DNA of 41,582 bases from Candidatus Aminicenantes bacterium. GTDB taxonomy: Bacteria > Acidobacteriota > Aminicenantia > UBA2199. Position 1 is the stretch's first letter. Each line of letters begins with the position of its first letter. A program made the position numbers and the translations under genes. The notes beneath the pieces are model-generated. The model saw only the letters and a program-made list of their open reading frames with translations, was not told the DNA's origin and made no database searches. Of the stretch, positions 29,910 through 39,285 are shown one piece after another. The stretch is taken from contig JAFGNX010000008.1 in assembly GCA_016926835.1 (NCBI GenBank), forward strand, positions 1 to 41,582. The letters are read 5' to 3'.

Positions 29910-30857
29910 TCAGTCGGAAGCCGTACCGGGAAACGCACGCATTCGACCTTCAGTGCGCGCGATTTCTACCGCGTGGATCAGGTGGCAGATCCAGCGGTTG
30001 AGGGGTGCATCCAAACCCAGCGATTCGGCCGCCGCCACGATTCCCCCGTTTATGAAGTCGACTTCAGTCATGCGCCGCTTGGCAATATCCTGGTACATCG
30101 ACGTGTAGTTGTCATTCTCGATAAAGCGGTTAAAAAAAGCAACATCCATGCCCAGATCATATCCCGCTGCTGCAGCCACGGCCTGTCCCTCATTGAGCAG
30201 GGACTGCTTGAGTTCATCCAGTCGTGGTTCCGCGATCAGCCGGTTGGACGTTTGCAGTAACACGGACAGGGGATTGACGATGCTGTTAACCACCAGTTTG
30301 CGCCACATGTCCCGCTGAATGCAAGTTGAAATCTTTCCCGCCACCGGGGTGTCATCGAACACATCCCTGAATTCGGTGTCGGCAAAAACGGGCTCCAGGC
30401 GGACGTTCCCGCCCCAGAACTGAATATGACCCGGGCCCTGAAAGGTAACTCCCATGCCCACGATGCCCACGACGATGTGATGCATGGGTACAACGCCGGA
30501 AAGCGTTTTTTCAGCCAGTTCGCGAATTCCGAACCCGTTTTGAATCAGTAATATCACCGATGAAGCGTCCAGAGCGGGACGCAGGCTTTCCAGGGTGGTT
30601 TCTAAATCATATGCCTTGACCGCCACGATCACCAACGCACGCGACAAAGATTTCGGAAAGCCTTCTTGCGCTGAGAAGAAAACGGTTTCGTCACGAATGC
30701 CAGTGACCTGCAATCCTGCCTCGCGGATACGCTCAACATGAGATTTCCGCCCGATTGCGATCACATCGAGATCGGCACGATGGCTGAACGCCATGGCCAG
30801 CGCGCTTCCCACCGCGCCTGCACCCACAATCACAATCGATCTTTTATTTTGTTTCAT
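29910..30857 (-). CDS. panE: 2-dehydropantoate 2-reductase (ketopantoate reductase)
   Basis: GAGAVG, VKAYD, IQNG, WRKLVVN..NPLS, SMYQD..R.TEVDFING; start 30857 or 30869. Confidence 0.93.
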   Translation of the reverse strand: MKQNKRSIVIVGAGAVGSALAMAFSHRADLDVIAIGRKSHVERIREAGLQVTGIRDETVFFSAQEGFPKSLSRALVIVAVKAYDLETTLESLRPALDASSVILLIQNGFGIRELAEKTLSGVVPMHHIVVGIVGMGVTFQGPGHIQFWGGNVRLEPVFADTEFRDVFDDTPVAGKISTCIQRDMWRKLVVNSIVNPLSVLLQTSNRLIAEPRLDELKQSLLNEGQAVAAAAGYDLGMDVAFFNRFIENDNYTSMYQDIAKRRMTEVDFINGGIVAAAESLGLDAPLNRWICHLIHAVEIARTEGRMRAFPGTASD

Positions 30858-30964
30858 GTCGGCCAACACCTCAGGCGCTCAGGAAAACCTTTGAATCCCT
30901 GCAGATCAATCCGGCCGCCGGTTCCAACGCATCCGGAACCAGCGGCCGGGTGGGTCTGGCTGAA

Positions 30965-31270
30965 TCAGGTAAATTTTTCCGAGTACCGCTCCAGTGAAGC
31001 GGACATCTCATCCATGCTGTACGCTTTCAACGTAGTGGTGGAAAAATACCCGGTTTTTCCGAGGGCCATGATGGCTGTCAATGCGTGGTTGCCATCCGGG
31101 GCTTCGAATACACACACATAATCGATCTCGCCCATGGTTTTCCAGAAACCGTGAAATTTTCCACTGTTTTTTTCCAGATTCCGGGCAAAACCTTTGACAA
31201 ATCCGGGGATCAGATGAATCTCGTCCATCCCCTTCGCGGTCATTGTCATTACCGCAATATACGTTTCCAT
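30965..31270 (-). CDS. GYD domain protein
   Basis: T.KG, TMGEIDYVCVFEAPD, TTTLKAY pattern; GGAGG RBS. Confidence 0.88.
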   Translation of the reverse strand: METYIAVMTMTAKGMDEIHLIPGFVKGFARNLEKNSGKFHGFWKTMGEIDYVCVFEAPDGNHALTAIMALGKTGYFSTTTLKAYSMDEMSASLERYSEKFT

Positions 31271-31310
31271 GATAACCTCCTAGAACGTGCTCCCGGAGGT
31301 ACCGGTTTTT

Positions 31311-31339
31311 AGTATACCTTACCAGGCCATTTTGGTCAA
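31311..31339 (-). promoter_or_regulatory. Putative promoter of GYD gene
   Basis: TTGACC-17 bp-TATACT on minus strand. Confidence 0.55.
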
Positions 31340-31406
31340 TATCAGAGCATTGCTTTTGTTTTCCGTGAATGGCATATTCAAGGTATACCCGTTTCAGGAG
31401 GAAAAC

Positions 31407-31811
31407 ATGACAGGCATCAAAAAGATCGAAGGTATCGGCGACAAGTTCACATCCAAATTGAACGCCATCGGTATCCGTACCATGAACCAGTTACTGGATG
31501 AAGGCGCGACACCCGCCGGGCGCCACAAATTAGAGGAACGTACAGGCATCAGCCCCAAAATGATCCTGCGCTGGGTCAACATGGCTGACCTGTTCCGCAT
31601 CAAGGGCATCGGTGAAGAGTATTCCGACCTGCTGGAAGCCGCCGGAGTCGATACCGTACCCGAACTGGCGCAACGCAAAGCGGAAAACCTCTATGCCAAA
31701 ATGAGCGAAGTCAATAAAAGCAAAAAACTGGTACGCCAGCTTCCCGGAGCCAACCAGGTCGCGAAATGGATTGAACAAGCCAAGAGCCTGAACCGCAAAG
31801 TCAATTACTGA
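31407..31811 (+). CDS. DUF4332 family protein (helix-hairpin-helix)
   Basis: IEGIG, WVNMADLFRIKGIGEEYSDLLEAAGVDTVPELAQR; AGGAGG RBS before ATG 31407. Confidence 0.93.
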   Translation: MTGIKKIEGIGDKFTSKLNAIGIRTMNQLLDEGATPAGRHKLEERTGISPKMILRWVNMADLFRIKGIGEEYSDLLEAAGVDTVPELAQRKAENLYAKMSEVNKSKKLVRQLPGANQVAKWIEQAKSLNRKVNY

Positions 31812-31881
31812 CCCGGATACGGCCCACAAGCAACGACCGGTAGGGCCTGCGCAGCACCTTGCCGGTCCGTTCTCCCCACCC

Positions 31882-33744
31882 ATGCCATCTTACCAGCCCT
31901 GCTTTATCCCATCGGGAGAATGGCGGATGCAATGGCATACGCCGCACCCACCTTCGAGGGAATCGATGCTGGATCTGTGGATGTGTCTGGGAAAGTGGCG
32001 TGAGCAGAACTTTCCCCGGATCGGTAAAGTAAGGGTCGGAATCAGTTCTCATCACACGTTTTCCGTCTATGAACATTGCCGCCATGAGTTGCGCATCTGC
32101 TTGAACGAGGCCCGTCCCTTCCCCCTGCGTGCATCCAGTGCGGCGCTGGACATTCCGGCACCGGCAATATCATCTCCCGCGGGCCGGCGCATCGTCATGG
32201 TCGTTCCGGTTGTCACGGGTGACAAGCGCTGGGACGGTATCGGCGTAACCGCATCGGACCTGATACTGGGTTCGGCTCTGACCCGCCAGGGATACCGGGT
32301 TTCCGTTACCCACCCGCAATTTCCCTCCGGACCCCCGCTGCAGATAGTTGAAAAATCGGATATTCTGGGGATTTCGCTATACGAGGATCTGTTTCCGGCG
32401 GTTCGTTCCTGGAGCAGAACCGTTGGCGACAAACTGCCTGACTGGGTGGCCGCGGGCGGCCCCATGGTCACGCTCAACCCCCTGCCGGCCGTGGCCCATT
32501 TCCCCCGGGGGAATCTCTGGATCCGCGGAGAAGCAGAGGGCGTGTTCCCCAAAGTACTGAAGGCCCTGGAATCAGCGCAATTGCTTCAGTTGAAAAACTG
32601 TGAAGGGGTTTTACTGATAAAGCAGAATCTGCTCATGGCCTGGGAATTTTCAAAAATCAACCGGCCTTCATTGCCGCTGGATCCGGATTTTGATTTCTCG
32701 TTTATTGAACCGCAAGCCTGGAAAAAAGGCATTGAGATCAACCTTACGCGGGGTTGTGAACGGACCTGTATTTTCTGCTCCCGGGCGCAGGGAAACAAGT
32801 TGCGCCGCATGCCGGAGCCATCGACCCTGTTAATGCTGGAAAAAATCCGTGAAGCCATGCCGCCGGATTCGGGTAAACCCCTGGCGGCCGTTCTCAACAT
32901 CAACGACGATGACATCCTCCAGGATGCGGATTACGCCGCCCGGGTGTTCCAGGGCATTCACCGGGCCGGGTTCCGTCTGTGGGGGGTTCAGACTTCGCTT
33001 TCATCTGTTTTGAATCAGGGCAAGCCCCACGAAAAAGTGATCGACCTGCTTTCACGAGGGGAATACTTCGCGAACGGGCCATTGGTCTGGTTCGGCACAG
33101 ATGCTTTTTTGCCCCGGCGCGGCAAGCGCTTATGCAAGCCGGTCCCTTCCGCGACACAGATGGAGCGACTTTTCTCTCTGTTTCAGGCCCGCAACATCCG
33201 CCATCACCATTACTGGATCTCAAGCGATCACATCTCCGGATGGCCGGAAATGACGGATGAACTGTGCCTGATCACGCGCTGGTGGAAAAAATTCCCCAAC
33301 TTTCACATCCTGCCCCATTCGCCCTTCCTGATCCCATATCCGTGCACACCGCTGTTTGCCTGGGTTTCTCAATCGCCGTTCAAACAACAGCTCCGCTTCC
33401 GTGAATGGATGCGATCATCCGTTCCCTGTTTGGATTATCCACTGGTCGAACGGGTTGAATCCGCTTTTGAAATGCTCAACAACATGTTACGCGGGCAATC
33501 GGACGGGCACCATCCCGCGTTTTTGCAAAGCCTGCAACATCGCGACCCCGGAGCCGCCCTTGAAACGGCCCATTATTTTCTCCGCCAGGAACGGCTGCGA
33601 CTGGAAGGCACATCCCGGCTGGATAAGAAGGTTCTATTGAGCCTGGATCTCGCCGGGGAAAAATTGCAGGCGGCCATCCTGGAAAACCGGATGCAGAGCC
33701 AATTGAAAAAGACAACAACCCGGAAAGAGGCGGCCCGATCATGA
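31882..33744 (+). CDS. Radical SAM protein with cobalamin-binding-like N-terminal domain
   Basis: TRGCERTCIFC (CxxxCxxC), INDDD, and upstream GISLY..AGGP.VT..P..RGEAE typical of B12-dependent radical SAMs; alternative start ATG 31927 with GGAG RBS. Confidence 0.85.
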   Translation: MPSYQPCFIPSGEWRMQWHTPHPPSRESMLDLWMCLGKWREQNFPRIGKVRVGISSHHTFSVYEHCRHELRICLNEARPFPLRASSAALDIPAPAISSPAGRRIVMVVPVVTGDKRWDGIGVTASDLILGSALTRQGYRVSVTHPQFPSGPPLQIVEKSDILGISLYEDLFPAVRSWSRTVGDKLPDWVAAGGPMVTLNPLPAVAHFPRGNLWIRGEAEGVFPKVLKALESAQLLQLKNCEGVLLIKQNLLMAWEFSKINRPSLPLDPDFDFSFIEPQAWKKGIEINLTRGCERTCIFCSRAQGNKLRRMPEPSTLLMLEKIREAMPPDSGKPLAAVLNINDDDILQDADYAARVFQGIHRAGFRLWGVQTSLSSVLNQGKPHEKVIDLLSRGEYFANGPLVWFGTDAFLPRRGKRLCKPVPSATQMERLFSLFQARNIRHHHYWISSDHISGWPEMTDELCLITRWWKKFPNFHILPHSPFLIPYPCTPLFAWVSQSPFKQQLRFREWMRSSVPCLDYPLVERVESAFEMLNNMLRGQSDGHHPAFLQSLQHRDPGAALETAHYFLRQERLRLEGTSRLDKKVLLSLDLAGEKLQAAILENRMQSQLKKTTTRKEAARS

Positions 33745-34337
33745 AAGGCAAACTGATCGTATTTGAAGGCATTGACGGATCGGGAAAAACCACGATCTCA
33801 CAGCGTCTCGCCACCGACCTTGAACAACACATCCCCGTTGTCTGGCTTCGGGAACCGGGCGATTCCCGCTGGGGCAGAGAAATCCGGCGCCTGGCCCAAC
33901 AGAAAAAAGCGGTACCCGCCCGCAAGCAACTGCGACTGTTTATGCGCGATCGCCACGAGAATGTGTTTCAACGGATACTTCCCGCCCTCAGATCGGGCCG
34001 CAGCGTGATTCTGGATCGATACTTCTATTCTACCGCCTGTTACCAAGGGGCCCGGGGCCTGGACATGGAAGAGATCCTGAAAGAAAACCGCCTCTTCGCT
34101 CCGGAAGCGGACCTGATGATCCTGGTTGACGTGAACGTTGAAACGGCACTGGAGCGGATCCGGGCCGGACGCGACTCAACCGCTCCATTGTTTGAAACCC
34201 GCCATTTTCTGGAACAGGTACGAGCCAACTACCTGAAACTGACGGGCAGCCACATCCAGGTTGTGGATGGCACCGGAGACCGGGAAACCGTGTATAAGGC
34301 CGTGTATGACCTGGTGATGCGAACCATCCCGGTTTGA
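33741..34337 (+). CDS. tmk: Thymidylate kinase
   Basis: FEGIDGSGKTT, REPG, DRYFYST..YQG; ATGA overlap with radical SAM gene. Confidence 0.95.
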   Translation: MKGKLIVFEGIDGSGKTTISQRLATDLEQHIPVVWLREPGDSRWGREIRRLAQQKKAVPARKQLRLFMRDRHENVFQRILPALRSGRSVILDRYFYSTACYQGARGLDMEEILKENRLFAPEADLMILVDVNVETALERIRAGRDSTAPLFETRHFLEQVRANYLKLTGSHIQVVDGTGDRETVYKAVYDLVMRTIPV

Positions 34338-34389
34338 GTCGGGAACCCGCGGGGTCCCCCTTTAACGACCGGTAATCACCGAGCCTGCG

Positions 34390-35532
34390 TTACAGGCTGA
34401 ACTCACAACCGGCCAGGACGGCAAACGGCTTCGCTCCCTGGCTCCACGGTTCTTTCTCACGCTCGTTTTCCACCAGGCCGGTAAAATAGAACCGGGCCTC
34501 AGGCGCAAAACGGTATGACACGCGAGCCACGAGCCGCCGGTTTACACGGTCATGAAGAGTGTTGCCGATTTGCTGGGGATGATACTGTCCGTAATTCAGG
34601 TCGATCAGCCATTTTTTTGCCTGAAAATTGATGCCGCCGTACCAGCCTTTGCCTTTCAGCGGGGTTTTGTATGCGAAAAAGATATCCCGGTAATACAGGC
34701 TTCTTGGCCAGAAAATCTCATCTGCGTCGATGGGTCGATGAAAGCCATACCGGTCCCATACCCATTCACCGAACAGGCGCAATCTGCCAAACCGGAACAT
34801 GAAATCCAGGCCGGTATGATCGTTGTACTGCTTCTGCCATTCCGACCCCATGCCATCATGAATTTTGTGAGATGCGCCGAAGCGCCAGTTGTCGCCATGA
34901 AAACCGATGCGGAAAATCCCCGCTTTTCCAGAATTGGTGTCACGGTTTTCTCCACCGTTTGTGGCCGCGATGTCCAACTCCATGAAGTGGTTTTCCCAAT
35001 GCAGGAAGATCCCTGTTTCCCGCCACAGGATGGCTTCAGCGCGGATGAACGGCGCGGCGAAATTCAAATCGTTTGTAAGGGACTGGAAGTAGACACGGCC
35101 AAACGGGGTCATGGCTTTGCCGATGACTACCCGGAATTGTCCGATATCAAAACGCAGGTTCATCTTCGACATCACCACGGCGTCAACCGCGAAATTGGCC
35201 AGGTAATCGTCCCTGAATTCATCTTTCAGGATGTTTTTGCCAAACGGCTGGTTCAAGAAGAGTTCCGCTTCAACGCTCAGCAGACCCCACTGGTTTTTTT
35301 TGCGCAACTGGAGTCCCAGGGCCGCTTCCGCGCCGAAAGAAAACTCCACGCCGCTCCAGTACAAACGCTGGTCGTTCAAAGTATACGCCCTGAAATCCAA
35401 TTCCAGATCCAGGGTGGTTTGTGAAGACAGGGCGATGGTTTCCTTACCGTGCAGGCATCCGCCGTACAGAATCACGTACAACAGGACGAATCGCACAAGC
35501 AAAGGTTTCCGGGCCACACATTGTGTACGCAT
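34390..35532 (-). CDS. Putative outer-membrane beta-barrel (porin-like) protein
   Basis: Signal-like hydrophobic segment, alternating aromatic beta strands, GKAMTPFG, ends GCEFSL; start uncertain (35532/35577). Confidence 0.65.
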   Translation of the reverse strand: MRTQCVARKPLLVRFVLLYVILYGGCLHGKETIALSSQTTLDLELDFRAYTLNDQRLYWSGVEFSFGAEAALGLQLRKKNQWGLLSVEAELFLNQPFGKNILKDEFRDDYLANFAVDAVVMSKMNLRFDIGQFRVVIGKAMTPFGRVYFQSLTNDLNFAAPFIRAEAILWRETGIFLHWENHFMELDIAATNGGENRDTNSGKAGIFRIGFHGDNWRFGASHKIHDGMGSEWQKQYNDHTGLDFMFRFGRLRLFGEWVWDRYGFHRPIDADEIFWPRSLYYRDIFFAYKTPLKGKGWYGGINFQAKKWLIDLNYGQYHPQQIGNTLHDRVNRRLVARVSYRFAPEARFYFTGLVENEREKEPWSQGAKPFAVLAGCEFSL

Positions 35533-35552
35533 GATTCGCTCCAGTTTGCGAC

Positions 35553-36416
35553 TTAGAATATCAGGGATATCCCCCACATCAAATGGTGGGTGACAAACTC
35601 CATGGCCAGATTTCCGGCCCCTCCATAAAAATGCATGTCGTGCAGGTGTGAATAAGAAAACTTGTATTCCAGATAGGCTCCCAGGTGCGGACTGAATTTG
35701 CAGCGCGTGCCGATACCAAACGAAAAATTGAAATTCCGGGGACCGGACCGGTACGCGTATTCACTCCATTCAGGAGCATCCTCCGCCAGTTTCAATTCCA
35801 AATGAGGAAAAGCCGGACCGAACCCGGCGGCGACGTATGGTTGCCAGCGCCCATCCGGTATGGCAATGGTTGGTGACAGCAGCCAACGGTAAGTCACAAT
35901 CAGATTCAGGTGGTTGACTCCATGAGACACGCTCAGGTAATCAATGAACGCGTTTACCGAAAGAGATTGATCCATTGGTTTGCCCTCATAAGTACCGGAA
36001 ACCCGGACCGGCTGGTTCGGGTCGTTTAAAAAGAGTTTATGGTGGGTAAATTCGATTCCCAGTCCGATACGGGGATTGCTGCGAAAAAAGTGGATCAGGC
36101 GATAACCGTAATAGGGTTCCGTAAATGCCTTCAAGGCATCGCTGAAGCGCAGTTGAATCAACGGACGCAGAAACGCATTGGGAATAATGAAATTGTCGGG
36201 GAAAAATGAATCATCTGTGAAATGCACGTCTTGAAGATGCAAGGAGTGGGCATTCCAATCGAGTTGAAGGTCTGAGCGCGTGGGAAAAGACTTGCCCCGA
36301 TTGTATTCAAGGTAATTGAGCGTGGGCCTGGGAGCGGCAATACGGCTGGCGCAACCGCTTACTGCCAGGCCCGCCAGGATGAGTGAGACGGCACGGAATG
36401 GTGAAATCAGGCGCAT
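35553..36416 (-). CDS. Outer-membrane beta-barrel protein with lipobox, LpxQ/opacity-like
   Basis: LAVSGC lipobox; PYYGYR, GLGIEFTHHK, HGVN, PYVAAGFG..PH.E, YLEYKFSY; terminal Phe. Confidence 0.65.
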   Translation of the reverse strand: MRLISPFRAVSLILAGLAVSGCASRIAAPRPTLNYLEYNRGKSFPTRSDLQLDWNAHSLHLQDVHFTDDSFFPDNFIIPNAFLRPLIQLRFSDALKAFTEPYYGYRLIHFFRSNPRIGLGIEFTHHKLFLNDPNQPVRVSGTYEGKPMDQSLSVNAFIDYLSVSHGVNHLNLIVTYRWLLSPTIAIPDGRWQPYVAAGFGPAFPHLELKLAEDAPEWSEYAYRSGPRNFNFSFGIGTRCKFSPHLGAYLEYKFSYSHLHDMHFYGGAGNLAMEFVTHHLMWGISLIF

Positions 36417-36482
36417 CCGACATTCTACGGAGAATCCCATGGCATTGCAACCGCGATGACGCCGGGCCGGTAAAATTTTTCT

Positions 36483-38357
36483 TTACGAATGCATGAATTC
36501 GCGGGCGGCACGTTCCACCCCGGCGGCGTCGAGTTGATACTGGGCCAGCAATTCTGAGCGGCTGGCCGTTACCACGATTTCTTCCGGCACTCCCAGGCAC
36601 AGGAGGCGGCAGCCGCTGCCGTTTCCCTCCAGAATGAGTTCACGGATCAGAGTGGAAAACCCGCCTTTGCGAACACCGTCTTCCAATGTGATGACATGCT
36701 TGATTTGCTGGAGGTGATTCAGGATCAAATCCCTGTCCAGGGGTTTGATAAAGCGCACATCAACCACGGTGGCTTCAATGCCGTTGTTGCGGGACAGGTT
36801 CTGTGCCGCTTTCAGGGCCTGATAAACCAGAGGGCCCACTGCCAGGATCAATAGATCCTTGCCTTGCCGTAGAACTTCACTCTTTCCCAGGGGAATGTCC
36901 CGGAACTGTGCTTCCATGTCCACGCCCTGGCCGGGCTCTTTGGGATAACGGATAAACACGGGGCTTGAGTATGAAAACGCTGAGTGAATCGCGTGTTGCA
37001 GTTCGTTTTCATCCCGGGGCGCGATCAGGACCACGTGGGGCAGCGGTTGCAGAAGGGCGATATCGTAAATCCCCTGGTGGGTGGGGCCGTCGCCGCTCAC
37101 CAGGCCGGCCCGATCGATTCCCACGACTACGGGTATCTTCATCAAAGACAAATCGTGGGTGACCTGGTCCACCGCCCGCTGCAGAAAGGTCGAATACACG
37201 CTGATTACGGGTTTCAGTCCACCGAGCGACAGTCCTCCGGCCATATCGAACATGTACTGCTCCGCGATCCCCACATCGTACACCCTGTCCGGAAATTCCT
37301 TTTGAGAAATATCCAGCCCCGTACCTTCGGGCATGGCGGCGGTAATGGCCACGACATCGTCATCCCGCTGCATGATCTTTTGCACGGTGCGGCCGAATAC
37401 CGTTGAATAAGACGGAGGTGTATGGGCCTTGAGGAATTTGCCGTTGGCGACTTCAAACGGCAGTGAAGAGTGAAAAGAGCTGGGATTTTCTTCCGCAGGC
37501 CGATATCCATGTCCTTTCTCGGTCACAACATGAAGAAGCACGGGATAGTCGTATTTCCGGGCTTCGCGGAGCTCTTTTTCCAGTTCAGCCTGGTTGTGAC
37601 CGTTGACCGGACCGATGTACTTGACACCCAGTTCGTCAAACAGGGAACCGGGGACCATCATGGAACGGATCAGCACCTCGATCTTGCGGGCCAGATCCGC
37701 CATCGATTTACCGATACCGGGAATGCTTTTGAGGATCGCCTGAACCAACTCCTTCAAGCGGATATAGGGGCGGCCGGACACCAGGTAATTGAGATGCTTG
37801 GATATTCCCCCCACATTGGGAGAGATCGACATTTTATTGTCGTTCAAAATGATTATCAGGCGGGGTTTTACCTGGCCGATATGATTCAACGCTTCCAGGG
37901 CCACTCCTCCGGTCAATGCGCCGTCTCCCAGCACGGCCACGATATGATGGTTCTGATTCTGCCGGTCACGGGCCAGCGCCATACCGCCGGCAAAAGCCAG
38001 CGAAGTGGAAGCGTGTCCGGTATTGAGGGAATCGTATTCACTTTCAAATATATCCGGATAACCGCAGAGCCCTCCCTTCTTGCGAATGGAATGGATGCGG
38101 TCACGGCGGCCGGTTACGATTTTATGGGTATAGCACTGGTGGCCGACGTCCCAGATAATCCGGTCTTTCGGCACATCAAAGACGCGGTGCAGGGCCAGGG
38201 TTAATTCCACCACGCCCAGATTGGAGGCCAGGTGACCACCGCTTTTGGACACCACGTCGATCAAAAGATCACGAATCTCAGCGGCCAATTCCTCCAACTC
38301 CTGAAATTCCAGTGTTTTCAGATCATCAGGTCCGTTTATGCGTTCAAGTAAAGGCAT
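36483..38357 (-). CDS. dxs: 1-deoxy-D-xylulose-5-phosphate synthase
   Basis: GGHLASNLG, WDVGHQ, GDGALTGG..EALN, DVGIAEQ, DRAGLV..DGPTHQG. Confidence 0.99.
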   Translation of the reverse strand: MPLLERINGPDDLKTLEFQELEELAAEIRDLLIDVVSKSGGHLASNLGVVELTLALHRVFDVPKDRIIWDVGHQCYTHKIVTGRRDRIHSIRKKGGLCGYPDIFESEYDSLNTGHASTSLAFAGGMALARDRQNQNHHIVAVLGDGALTGGVALEALNHIGQVKPRLIIILNDNKMSISPNVGGISKHLNYLVSGRPYIRLKELVQAILKSIPGIGKSMADLARKIEVLIRSMMVPGSLFDELGVKYIGPVNGHNQAELEKELREARKYDYPVLLHVVTEKGHGYRPAEENPSSFHSSLPFEVANGKFLKAHTPPSYSTVFGRTVQKIMQRDDDVVAITAAMPEGTGLDISQKEFPDRVYDVGIAEQYMFDMAGGLSLGGLKPVISVYSTFLQRAVDQVTHDLSLMKIPVVVGIDRAGLVSGDGPTHQGIYDIALLQPLPHVVLIAPRDENELQHAIHSAFSYSSPVFIRYPKEPGQGVDMEAQFRDIPLGKSEVLRQGKDLLILAVGPLVYQALKAAQNLSRNNGIEATVVDVRFIKPLDRDLILNHLQQIKHVITLEDGVRKGGFSTLIRELILEGNGSGCRLLCLGVPEEIVVTASRSELLAQYQLDAAGVERAAREFMHS

Positions 38358-39253
38358 CAGTATTCCCTGTAGACCATCATGCGCATCAAGGTCAGGAACG
38401 GCGGAAAAGTGATTCCGGCCCGTTCCAACTCATCCATGGTGATGCGATAGGAACGGTCGATTTCTTTTCGCACGGTATCAATCCCAAAAAACAATGCCGC
38501 ATTGGGGCTGTGATTGTTGTCGTCCTTGTGAAGTTTTTTGCCGACCAGGCTTTCATCTCCCTGAAGATCCAGCAAGTCATCGGCCAGTTGAAAAGCCGTG
38601 CCGATCTCGCTGCCGGCACGATCCAGGGCCCGGATCCGGCTTGCATCCTGGTTCATGAACTCTCCTGTACCGACCATGATGCCGCGAATCAATTCACCCG
38701 TTTTCATGCGGTGGATTTCAGGAATCACCTGCGGGTTTCCGCGAAATTCCAGGTCCAATGCCTGGCCCCCGGCCATGCCGCGAATACCGATGCATGCGGT
38801 AATCAGCCGGATGAAACGGATGAGGACTTGAGCGGGCAATCCGGGTTGAGCCGCGATCTTCTCAAACGCCATGGTCAACAGTGTATCTCCGGCCAGCAGG
38901 GCGATGGCATCGTTGAAACGGCGGTGAACTGTGGGTTTGCCGCGCCGGAAATCATCGTTGTCCATGGCGGGATGATCATCGTGAATCAACGAATAGGTGT
39001 GGATATACTCCATCGCCGTGGCCAGGTCGATATACCGCTCCGGGTCACCGCCCAAAGCATCCACCAGACTCAGCATGATCAGGGGGCGCAACCGTTTTCC
39101 ACGCACATCAAGGGCGTAGTGAACCGCCGCTTCAAGGGTGCCTCTACGGGGATCCAGGTCCCGGGTCAACGCGGTCTGGATCCGGCTTTCCAAGTCAGCA
39201 AAATAATTGCGGTCGAACTCACTCTCATGCCGGTCCATCGGGTTGAGCGTCAT
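38357..39253 (-). CDS. ispA: Farnesyl/geranylgeranyl diphosphate synthase
   Basis: GKRLRP, SLIHDDHPAMDNDDFRRG, GGQALD, KTG, FQLADDLLD; ispA-dxs synteny. Confidence 0.95.
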   Translation of the reverse strand: MTLNPMDRHESEFDRNYFADLESRIQTALTRDLDPRRGTLEAAVHYALDVRGKRLRPLIMLSLVDALGGDPERYIDLATAMEYIHTYSLIHDDHPAMDNDDFRRGKPTVHRRFNDAIALLAGDTLLTMAFEKIAAQPGLPAQVLIRFIRLITACIGIRGMAGGQALDLEFRGNPQVIPEIHRMKTGELIRGIMVGTGEFMNQDASRIRALDRAGSEIGTAFQLADDLLDLQGDESLVGKKLHKDDNNHSPNAALFFGIDTVRKEIDRSYRITMDELERAGITFPPFLTLMRMMVYREY

Positions 39254-39285
39254 GCCGGCGCCTTCTGCTTTGCGATTGTCTTCAT

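Noticed and set aside
30911-30949. GC-rich hairpin between GYD and panE (similar ones near 28156-28186 and 34341-34359)
   Set aside because: No clear U-tract and no similarity to the GTAG REPs; probably mRNA-stabilising stems, so not called terminators
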